Assembly: GCF_963506605.1 (NCBI RefSeq)
Contig: NC_083290.1
Coordinates: forward strand, 25,296,001 to 25,360,000
Reading direction: 5' to 3'
DNA: 64,000 nt
DNA from: Zootoca vivipara
Lineage: Eukaryota
Made by a program: the position numbers and the translations under genes. The notes beneath the pieces were generated by a model that made no database searches, had not been told where the DNA came from, and was given only the letters and a program-made list of their open reading frames with translations. Positions 48,921-59,661 of this stretch are shown one piece after another (the first letter of the stretch is position 1; each line of letters begins with the position of its first letter).

Positions 48921-49077
48921 ACAAACAAACAAACAAAATTCCTTCCAGTAGCACCTTAGAGACCAACTAAGTTTGTCATAGGTATGAGCTTTCGTGTGCA
49001 TTCACACTTCTTCCTACTGGAAGGATTTTTTTAATTTTTTGTTTCGACTACGTCAGACCAACACGGCTACCTACCTG
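48921..49077. mobile_element. Penelope-like element remnant (inverted pLTR pieces)
   Basis: Same family as 59199-59424; 18-bp flanking duplication taacatttcacttccaaa. Confidence 0.75.
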
Positions 49078-49510
49078 TAACATTTCACTTCCAAATTAGA
49101 CATTGCATCTGGTTGAGACCTGCATTGGCAGGTCTCAACCAGAAAATAGTATTGGTGTGTCCATTTGGAATATTTGAAGGAGGCTGACCTCCTGGCACTT
49201 TTCCCAGCCAAGAGAGCAAAGGACATTTTAGAATTCAGCACTCAGCTTGGAGGACTGAGTACAGACAGAGACATCATGCTCTGAAATTTCTTGTAGCTAT
49301 AGTACATCTGTATTTTAGTAATAAATCTGAGAGAATTGATACCCTGTCTTTCCAGTGCAGGGAACACAGCTCAATGCAGTTTACAACAAAATAAAATCAC
49401 ATAATTAAATCAGCATAACCCTCCTTGCCACCAATAAAGCTGAAAATGGACAGAACAGATAACTCCAGGTATTGGTCCACTAAAATATGGATGACCAATC
49501 CCAAAGAGCC

Positions 49511-49555
<45 letters not shown>

Positions 49556-49562
49556 GTAGTAG
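49511..49562 (+). repeat. (AAT)n(AGT)n microsatellite
   Basis: Directly visible. Confidence 0.95.
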
Positions 49563-52331
49563 TCTTTGCATGGCTCTGGGCCATTCTCCTCAGCAGCCCC
49601 ATATTACTACTGCTTTCCTCTCCTCACCTGCCTTCCCCCTTTTCCTAGACATTTAAAGTCTGTAGACTCCATTTTATAAGGTGACCCTACACACCATGAG
49701 ATAGGTATTATCAGGTGTCAGCTGTATCCCCAAAGCTGCAGTACAATACCCAAGTCATGATAAGAGGTGGTTATTTCACTCTGTCATAACTGCTTACATC
49801 ACAGTATCTGGGAATCTCTCTTACAAAAGCATGAGTGCAGCTCTTGGCAATAAGCTGGAAATAACAAGGGTTAGGGTTAACATGCAGCAGCTGAAGGCCT
49901 ACAGCAGAACAGAAGGACACTCAACTTCCTAGTGCTTGGAAAGTACCGTCAGGCATTGCCTCACTCCAAGTTCCTTTGCAAAGCTGGTTCTTGTTTCAGA
50001 CAGTTGCTGAAGGTGGGCACACACTCAATTGCTTGGAAAACAAATCAACAGCTGTACCTTTACAGCTGTGTCATCCTTGCTTCGAGAATACAGTGCACTG
50101 TTTCCTACATGCCTGTTTGACTCAGATGACTCTGATTTACTGTTGCTTTTGATTTTGAGAATTGAATGAACTTCCCAGATCTGCCTCATGCTTCATTCTC
50201 AAATTACCAGCCTTCCTTATCTAATTTCATTAGGAGTCATTTATGCTTATATTTATGCGGGCAGAGCCCTGGAAGAGAACAGTCTCTGGCAGTTGGCACT
50301 GAGAATTGCCAGAATTCCAGGCAATAGCATCTATTGTAACAAAGTGTGACTTGGTCTTCTAGCAAAGAGAAAACAGTTTTTCTCCAAGTGCTTTAAAAAC
50401 TTGTCATGGTTGGCAATATCTGTGTGGCCAGAAGTCTCCCAGCACTATCACTAAAATGGCAATTTAAAGGTGGTTTAGTGGCAGCTGTTCAATGACTGAC
50501 TATTATTTAGTAGTCTTTGCATAAGACCTGCATGGGTATTAAATGCTCAAGCTTATGCTTTTATTGCATGAATATTACATTTTTCTAACACAAAACCCAC
50601 CAAAATTTGCACAGGGGTCTACACAATCCATCCCAGTGGCTGTGTACATAGTCACATTTCCTCTGCATCCAATGTGCTCCCACCACTGGTTTTTGAAGCA
50701 GTGAACACATGACATTAGCCACGATCCACATCTATCCTGAAGTTTTTTTTGAGAATGTACTGTGTTTTGATGCACTTCCCCCCAACCAGCTTTGATCCAA
50801 TTTGAAATGTAAACCATATGAAGGCACCTGGGCCCACCCTCTGCCCACTGGTGTAGGAGACTTGCAAACACAATCACGTATACATGTGATTCAAAACCCA
50901 GCAGAAAAAAATGACCTTGCTGCATTTTAAGCCAGTAATGTGTGCCCACTGCTGTTACGACTGCTGTGTAGGATGTGGTTGATCATGAACCCTACAAAAT
51001 ATTTGACTGCAATTTGAACATTCAGCCACACTTTTAAGAGATAAGTACCAGCATGGATCCATGCCCCTAGCATGCCCCACCATTCAGCAAGAGATTTAAA
51101 AAATATAGCGCTTCTAAGAAAATTATTTTGGTGCTATGTGCTATGCTGTGTTTTCTCTTAGGAGCAGCAGAAATGGGCAAGTCTAACTGTTTTTGCCTAA
51201 CCACTATGATGTGTTTGAAACAGTGATGGAAAATGGATAGCTGAGGGAAAAGAGCAGGTGCCTTGTTATCCAGAGAGAGGATGGAGGGGCCCCAGCTGTG
51301 GAAGGAGCAAAAAGGCAGGCAAAGCTGGTGAAAGTTGATTTTTTGGGGGGGGCACACCCAGCTGGTGGCTAAACCCTGCAAATCTGTCACTGATGGGCAG
51401 GTGGCTGATATTTGTCCTGCTGCATTTCCAGTTCACCCGCTTCTTTCATTGCTTTGTCATCTGAGCTGGCTTTTCCTCAGCTGTCCGTTTGTCTGAGGTT
51501 GTTATAAAATAAGGAGCTAGGAAAGGGGGAGGGGAAGATTGCAGCACCAGCAACAGAAAAGGGATGTGGCTACAAACCCCAACAGGAATCACCCCTTCAC
51601 GATATGTCTCTTTGTTTTGACACTGTGAGCAAGCATTGCCTGGCTTCCAAGCTACTCTGATAAGTGGGCATGAGAAAACTAGTTTGCTTGTGGACAGATT
51701 TTATTACAAGTGTTTCTGCTTCATGTAATGATTGGTAAAGGATACATTGAGATGGTGGTTGCATAAAGAAGAAATAAAACTTTTTTTAAAAAAATCTACA
51801 ATGGTCCTATGCTCCAGAATCCTAGAGTAGAAATTTCCTTTTCAAAGAGAACTGAGTTTTTCACCACCTCAGGCATAGAGTGCAAGTGCTTTTGGAGTCA
51901 GTTGAAATTTCCAGATTGTCTTCAAGGCCAGCCACATGCATAGTACAGTGCAGTAGTCTAATTTAGAATCTAGTTACAAAAAGCACATGTCAAGTTTGAA
52001 GAGTCCCTCCTTTTCCAGGAGAGAACACAGCTGCCATGGTAGATGAAGTTGAAAAATTCATTTCAGGTGACAGATAGTCCCTGAGTATTTAGAAAAAATA
52101 TATAAAAAGCCTATTCCTTAAGGAGAGTGATTTATTCCACAGCAGGTAAAACCACCAGCATTCTGGTTTATTGGATTACTCACCATGAGCAAATGTGTTT
52201 TATTTGAACCGAGCTTTAGTTTACTTGCTTTCATACAAACAAACACTAGTTTTCAACCACTTGTTAAGCAATATCACTGCTTCAGTTGCATCAAATGAAA
52301 AAGAGAAGCAGTGCTGAGTGTAGTCAGCATA

Positions 52332-53165
52332 CAGTGATGGCGAACCTATGACACGCGTGTCAGACGTGACACGCAGAGCCCTCACTGCTGGCACGCGCAC
52401 CATCGGGCCATCCACGCTGTTGTTGTTGTTTTCCATTTCTTCTCCTGCTCCCCCTCCCCCTACAGCTTGTCTCCGGATCCTTTTTGTTGTTGTTGTTGCC
52501 TGTAGCCAGAGATTGTGTTCAGCGATTGGTCTGTTTTTCAATTTGCTACGTTAGTGGCTGTTTCTGATTGGGTGTAACAGCGTTCGTTTTTTAACCCTTT
52601 CTGTGCTTTTTTTGTGCTTTGGCAGACGATGATGTTGGTGCTGCGTGTTAGTTCCAGCGAAGGTATTATTCGTCATTCATTTCTGTTCTCTTTCCCCCCA
52701 AAAAAGCTCAGCAGCTTTGGGGCACCCCCCAAAAAAGCAAAGTAACTTCCCCCCCCCAAAAAAGCTCTGAAACTTTGGTCAGCAGCTCCCCCCAAAAAGC
52801 ATTGCTCACTCCATAGCTCAGCGTGGGAAAGCACTCAGTGAGGGTGAATTTCTTAAAGAAACTCTCCTAAGATGTGCACCAGTTCTATTTCACGATATGC
52901 AGAATAAAGATGCAATTATTAAGAGAATATCTGAGTTACCACTCTCTAGAAATATCATAAAAGACCGAATAATGAGATGAGCAAAGAAGTCACTAAGCTG
53001 GTAAGTTAAATAATTAGTTTTTGGTTTATTAAATACAGTTATATATTACAATTATACATTTTTGTTATAAATATCGCAAAATTATAGTTTTTTCTCGAAG
53101 TGACACACCACCCGAGTTATGCTCGTTTTTTTGGCGAATTTTGACACACCAAGCTCAAAAGGTTG
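52332..53165 (+). mobile_element. Internally deleted hAT transposon (hAT1-like), right TIR truncated
   Basis: Left TIR cagtgatggcgaacct and subterminal tgacac motifs at both ends. Transposase-like remnant ~52830-52997 (IIKRISELPLSRNIIKDRIMR...SH*). Ends aaaaggtt. Confidence 0.75.
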
Positions 53166-55219
53166 TGATAGCACATTGCCCAAAATACCCAAACTACTGT
53201 ACATTGCTAAATAGTCTGGGAGACAAAACTGAACCCAGAGGCAAATCTTAGGATAAAAGAAGACAGACTCCCAGTGCCACTATCTAGCATACAAGGAGAA
53301 TATGCGTTGTAAGGGTTAAACTGTAAGCCAAACCTCATGTCAGCAGCCAGAAAAGAAGGTTCTGGTTCACTCTGAGCAGACTGGATTGATCCCAGAAGAA
53401 TCTCTTAAGAATGGACTGTGTGGGTGTTAGAGGAATGGGGAAAATTAGCTAGAACAAAGACCCAGAGATTTCAACTTTCAGTGAGCCCCAGTGGATGACA
53501 AATGGGTTTCTTGGAGGACACCAAAGCATTGTTTAATAGTGTACAAGAAAGCATTTCCTGCAAAGGCTTTCCCACAGGATGAGAGTAATTCCAGTAAGTT
53601 ACTAGAGGTTTTTCCTGTTTGGCAGGGGGAGAACCCCATCCTTGGAACCCTATCACAATGTAATTGCCATCTTCTATACAGTATAGATATTCTGAGAAAA
53701 GTGGCTAGCAAATATTGTTTCCCCAAACCATTAACTAGATGTACAGAATGAGTTAACCATATAAAAACCTGCAGTTTTTTTGCTCTGATTCTCCTTAGGA
53801 CTTACACATGGTCCCACTGAGCTCCTCCTTTTACACATCACCACTCTCTGCAATGCCCTCTATCCACCCAGCCCTCTATTCTGCATATAATGTATTTGTT
53901 GTCATCATATGTTCCATATTTTTACCCAGGCAGCCATGACAACTCCCAAGCCAAGTCACCTTTCTCCTCTTCAGTCTTGCTGTTTCCTCTCTAGAAGTGA
54001 ATGGCAAATGAGCTTTTCCTTTAGGCCGGCAACCCTGAATTAAATCAGTTCAGGGTAGCCAAGAGTGAAAAAAGAGCTCAGCAGGCCAGCCTCTCCCCCC
54101 CCCCCCCAATTTTTTTTGCAACAAATTCAGTGTCTTGCTCTTGGAAAGCTAACTCATGGTAGTTCATAAAGTAACTTTGTTATTGTTTTTCTCCATTTGA
54201 AGAACTATGATTACAGCAGTTCAGTTGCAGCTTCCTGAACTGCAGCCAGACACCATCTTTCATGGGCTTGGGCTCAAAAACGTACACATTCCTTTGTCGC
54301 TTCCTGGAGGATTTCCCCTAATTATTCAGGGTTTAAAGGTGAATTTTGTTCTTTGCCCTACTGATCAGCTTTGTGCTGGACTGCTTTTTAGCTCTGAATC
54401 CTTATCAGGAATTCCCTTCCAGTGTGAAGTTTCCGTTCTTGATGGTGATATCCTCCTAGACATCACCTTTTAGATCATAATTGACAGAGCTGATTGTTTT
54501 CTTTTTGCCTCATTTCAAATGATGTCTGAGTCTGCTGTGAGGGGAAACAGTTCATTTTCCATTACTGTAAGTGGATAGATACTCGAATACACAGAATGTC
54601 TTGTGTTATTAAGGTTAAGGCTATTAAGCACTTTTTAGTAGATGCAACACCGTGATGGGAAAAGCTGTGTTCCTCACTCTGTTCATTCCATACTTGCCAA
54701 ACTGATTAGGACTTACGATCTGTATGACATTAAACCAGATTAAGATTGTAGAATATTGACATAAGAAAATGCACACACACCCTTCAATATATTTCATTTC
54801 TGTTCCTTGTGCTCAGATGCTTTTAAATACTCAAGAATCTGTAGCAAGAAGTTACAGTGTAAGGATGAGGCAGGCTCTATTACTGTAATCTGAAAGATTT
54901 ATTTGTGGTTTCAAACAAGAAAACACATGGATACACTCAGTACTATTATTATCAAAGTACCGGTACATCAGGATTATTATAACTGAAGCCCAGTCCCATT
55001 CCCCGGTACTAAGCAGCTTTCCAGTATCATTGAACATCCATTTCCTCTAGAAGCATCATGTGTGGTCGAACACATCAGCTTCATGCATAAGGCCTGATGT
55101 TTAATTTCTGGCATCTCTTCTTCATGGGCCATGCTCTAGCTGCTGCATCTCATGTTGCGTTTTAAACTACTATTACACACCATTACTTAATTGCTTGATT
55201 TGTTTCTCCACACATTACA

Positions 55220-55357
55220 CAGACCCTCCAAGTGTCCTTATCTTCCAGAGACAGTCCCACATTTACAGAATCCGTCCCGGTTTCTGGTTTGATCCCGGAA
55301 TGCCCCGCTTCTCCTTAGGATGTCCCTATTTTCATCAGAGAAATGTTGGAGGGTGTG
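55220..55357. mobile_element. Short MITE (cagaccctccaa...ttggagggtgtg); related composite copy at ~57838-58146
   Basis: Inverted termini with internal gtccc/gggac repeats. Confidence 0.7.
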
Positions 55358-55734
55358 GTTTTAATCACCTTTGTAAGATACTGTAACATTATTGCCTATC
55401 TACGTGGCAGGTGTGCCCTCTAAACTAGGGAAAGGGAGCCTTTTTCTCCCAGCCATGACTACAATTCCCATCCATCTCTGACCATTGACCATGCTGATGA
55501 GAGCTGGAGTCCAACAACACCTGGAGGGCTACAGGTTGCCTACCTACCTCCATCCGAACCCTTCCCTGATAATGGGCGCACAGAGCTACACTCTTTGGCA
55601 CCATCATTTCAGCAGAAAGACTGTCAAGATTTTAGCAGCAAGAAGATGAAAAAATCAAAATACTGCATCAGGTTGAAGGGTCGGAAAAAGCTTGATTCCA
55701 CAGTCCACACATATTAGCAAATATATGCATAGAT

Positions 55735-56048
55735 CCCCTTATCCACTCTGAAGGAAATCAGCCTCCGAGCGCTCACTGGAAGGACAGATCCAGAAGCTGA
55801 GGCTACAATACTTTGGCCACCTCATGAGAAGAGAAGACTCCCTGGAAAAGACCCTGATGTTGGGAAAGATGGAGGGCACTAGGAGAAGGGGACGACAGAG
55901 GACGAGATGGCTGGACAATGTTCTTGAAGCTACGAACATGAGTTTGACCAAACTGCGGGAGGCAGTGGGGAGGCAGTGCAAGACAGGAGTGCCTGGCGTG
56001 CTATGGTCCATGGGGTCACGAAGAGTCGGGCACGACTAAACAACAACA
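55735..56048 (+). mobile_element. BovB (RTE) LINE 3' fragment
   Basis: YFGHLMRREDSLEKTLMLGKMEGTRRRGRQRTRWLD is the BovB C-terminus. (CAA)n tail; TSD atgcatagat. Confidence 0.93.
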
Positions 56049-56226
56049 ATGCATAGATATTGCTAATTATGCATAACTTCTATTAGTTAAGGTGAAATAA
56101 CATAACCCCCTCTCCCAAAACATTGGGCGTCCTGTTTAGCCTCTCCCCCTACTGACTGACCTTCAGGATTTCCCCTGGCTTTACCCACCAACATAAAGCC
56201 TGTATTCTCATGCTTAGGAACTAGAA

Positions 56227-56362
56227 CAGGCTCCCTCAAACTCGGCCCTCCAGATGTTTTTGGCCTACAACTCCCATGATCCCTAGCTAGCAGGACCAGT
56301 GGTCAGGGATGATGGGAACTGTAGTCTCAAAACATCTGGTGGGCTGAGTTTGAGGAAGCCTG
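56227..56362. mobile_element. Palindromic hAT MITE, caggctccctcaaac-type ends
   Basis: TSD aactagaa/gactagaa. Confidence 0.88.
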
Positions 56363-57114
56363 GACTAGAAACTTTAAAAATAACATCAATAATAATTATC
56401 AGTGTTTTGTAAACTGCTGGCCCAAAACACCACACTTAGTGCTTGAATAATAAATAGACTAACTACTGTTCTGGTAGCAGCAAGAATATAGAAGTAGCTT
56501 ATTGGATTGGATCAAGAATCCATCTGGTGCAACATTCTGGTTTATTATACTGAATAACTTCAAGAAAGTTCAGAAGCGAGGCATTCAGGGGCAAGTATGA
56601 GACACATCTATTTTTCATTATTATCAGACTAACACGTGTAGTTCATATAGCACTGTGTGAGAGAGGTTATACTCCCCCCCCCTTCCTCCACTGTCTTGCT
56701 TTATTTGTGGATTATTAACCATAGCTACAAGGATCATTGTTTATACAGCATGGAAGGCTGGTGGGGAAACTGAGATGGCTGAGACTAATGAGAGAAGAGG
56801 AAGGAAAACATAAGCTGTGGAGGAAAGGGCTGAGTTTAAAATAAAACACATCTGGATTTTCAGGTTGGGTTAGCACAAGACCACGGTCACCCCCTTCGGA
56901 GGCAAGCCACATGCAACACACAAAAGGAGCTTGAGTCACATCATCAGGGCACACCGCACCTTCTCCCTGCAAGCAAGGGGAGAACAATAAACTTGTTGTC
57001 TAAACTCCTGAGACCCATCTCCAGCCATTTCTGACAAATGAAGGGGTGGGAGCGGAGAGGGGAGGCTGTCTGAAACAAAGGACAATATGGTGCCTCTACC
57101 CCACATTCAAAGTA

Positions 57115-57376
57115 CCGTATATTCCGGCGCCCCGCCCCCGCCCCGTTTCTCACTGCAGCAGGCGGGCGGGCGCCACCCGGGCTTGCCTTAGAGCCCTGAT
57201 TCCGGCGTATAAGATGACTGGGCGTATAAGACGACCCCCAGCTTTTCCAGTTAAAATATAGAGTTTGGGATATACTCGCCGTATAAGAAATATGACCCAT
57301 CGTATAAGACGACCCCTGACTTTTGATAAGATTTTCCTAGGTTAAAAAGTAGTCTTATACGCAGGAACATACAGTA
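57115..57376. mobile_element. Tc2/pogo-like MITE with a 70-bp GC-rich insert in its left TIR
   Basis: TA-flanked ccgtatattccggcg ... cgcaggaacatacag; cgtataagacgaccc repeats. Confidence 0.75.
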
Positions 57377-57459
57377 CAAATGTATTCTAGGCTGGCCATT
57401 GAATCTTACTTTGGCAATAGGACAATTTCTTCCATTGCACCTAAGGACAGCAGAATAGT

Positions 57460-57460
<1 letters not shown>

Positions 57461-57533
<73 letters not shown>

Positions 57534-57540
57534 TGTGTGT
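57461..57540 (+). repeat. (CT)n(GT)n compound microsatellite
   Basis: Directly visible. Confidence 0.97.
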
Positions 57541-57903
57541 CTGCGCACGTCACACATAGCTCTCCACCCCTCAATATTTGCTGCCTGAGGCAGCTGCCTC
57601 ACTCTGTCTCAGAGTAGGGCCAACAAAGTGACAGACGAGCATAGAGTGAAGTAAAATTGATGGAAGGCAAAGGAGCAACTCAAAAGTACCATACAGGAGG
57701 AAAGCCTAATGAGGATTTCCAGATTATAAAGGGAATAAAGATCCCATGATGTCATGCAGCTTTTCCAATTATTTCCTATCTTACTGCTATTGAGGGTATC
57801 TCTCTAACCTCTGTTAACGGAAAATCCGTTAACACCTCATACCCTCCAAAATTTGTCTGATGAAAATAGGGACGTCCTATTCAGTAGTAGTAGTAGTAGT
57901 AGT

Positions 57904-57946
<43 letters not shown>

Positions 57947-58961
57947 TAAAACATTAAAAACTTCCCTATACAGGGCTGCTTTCAGATGGCTCGGGGGTCT
58001 GATAACTCCACACCCTCCAACATTCCTCCGATGAAATTAGGGACGTCCTAAGGAAAAGCAAGTCATTTCGGGATCAGATCAGAAACCAGGGCAGCCTCTG
58101 TAGATACAGGACTGTCCCTGGAAAATAGGGGCGCTGGGATGGTCTGTTAAGGGTGCAATGAGGTATGCGGCAGAGGATATTTGCAATGAGGAGAATCTCA
58201 AAGCCTTCCTCTGGCTGGTGACAGCAAGCAGCAAAATAAGGCAAGGTAAGCCTGGGTCCCATATTTGAAGAGGCCACGGAGCAAAGCTCCAACAGCAGTG
58301 CAATCCCTAATTTCCCCTTCCAATGCTCTTCTAAGCACCGAGGAAACCATCAGGGAGTGTGCATTAGGAAAGATGGAATTTGGAAAGGCCTCTTCTCCAA
58401 AGTCGCCCTCCTCACCCTACCTGCGAGCACCTACAAACCATGCAAACCTTGTGCTCAATAAGGGCGAAATGCATTTTAAATTTTTATTTCTGGGGAGTGT
58501 GAATCCAGCCACCCAGGGCTTACAGCATTTTTGCCAGGGGACAGGATGTAGGACAAAGTGATGAGCCAAGAGAGAGAGATAGCTACATCTATGATGCCTG
58601 CATGGTCTCTGGCAGAGGCCGAGGAATTTGCAGAGCTGGGGGTGAGCAAAATAGGCACAGAAGTACAGTATTTTAAAATGTGTGGGGGTGAGGATGGAAG
58701 GAAAAGTGGCAGGAATGTTTGCCCAAATGACTATAGCCGATGAAAAGGAGTACTGCAATATATTGGCGCCTCGTGGTGAGATGTGTGGAGTTTAGCACTA
58801 CCACCACCCAAATTCTACTATCAAGAAGTATTAATTTACCGGTAGTTCTTTGCCCAGGTGCTCCAAATTCCAGTCGGTCTTATTGGCCCCATATTGCAGA
58901 TGTGAAGACTGAGATTCATAAAATAGTGTCTTGTCTAAAGCCATCAGGAATGTTAATGGTT

Positions 58962-59661
58962 TGGTTGAATTGACCAGGAGACTACGTGACCAGAGGGAAG
59001 AGTCGGTGGAAGAAGATTGGAAGAAATTTAAAGTGTATATAAGAAATAATGGCAACATTGTGAAAGTTTGATACAAGATTTGGAAGTACATGGAAGTTGT
59101 AGAGGAGGTTTTGTAGAGTTATTATAGTATATTTAGATTTAGATATAAGTGTTAGATAAGAAAGGAAATGTTTGGTAAGGTAAGATTGAATTATGTATAG
59201 TTACAGGTAGGTAGCCGTGTTGGTCTGAGTCGAAGCAAAATAAAAAAATTCCTTCAGTAGCACCTTAAAGACCAACTAAGTTTATATTTTGGTATGAGCT
59301 TTCGTGTGCATGCACGATCTGAAGAAGAAGTGTATCTGAAGAAATGTGCATGCACACGAAAGCTCATACCAAAATATAAACTTAGTTGGTCTTTAAGGTG
59401 CTACTGAAGGAATTTTTTTATTTTGAATTATGTATGTTAAGGAAAAAAATAAGAGGATTGAAGTATGATTTAGAAATTACTGTACTAAGGATGATATACA
59501 ATGAAACGCAGTTAGGAGGGATATGAGCAAGTCAACAATGTCAGGATATATGAATGATAAATATGGTTTATTTTTCTTTTTGTGTTTTGTTTGGTATTTT
59601 TTATTTTTGTGTTTTATGTGTTTTTCAGTTTTATAAAATCAATAAATATATTTTTTTTTAA
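58962..59661 (+). mobile_element. 5'-truncated L1-like LINE 3' end hosting a Penelope insertion
   Basis: 16-bp TSD aggaatgttaatggtt (58946-61, 59662-77); ORF end ..EEDWKKFKVY..; AT-rich 3' UTR with AATAAA. Confidence 0.75.
59199..59424. mobile_element. Penelope-like element remnant with a perfect 80-bp inverted repeat and hammerhead core
   Basis: Arms 59236-59315 and 59346-59425; CTGAAGA...gtgcatgcac...CGAAAGCTCA; flanking duplication ttgaattatgtat. Confidence 0.8.

Noticed and set aside
53308-53806. Possible solo LTR (tgtaag...cttaca); a similar hint at ~56654-57035
   Set aside because: Short inverted ends are present but there is no matching TSD or second copy, so it cannot be supported without a library search.
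18476-57352. Long-range inverted match 18476-18612 versus 57220-57352
   Set aside because: Two independent copies of one MITE family with no shared flanks, unlike the 16865/23357 case.
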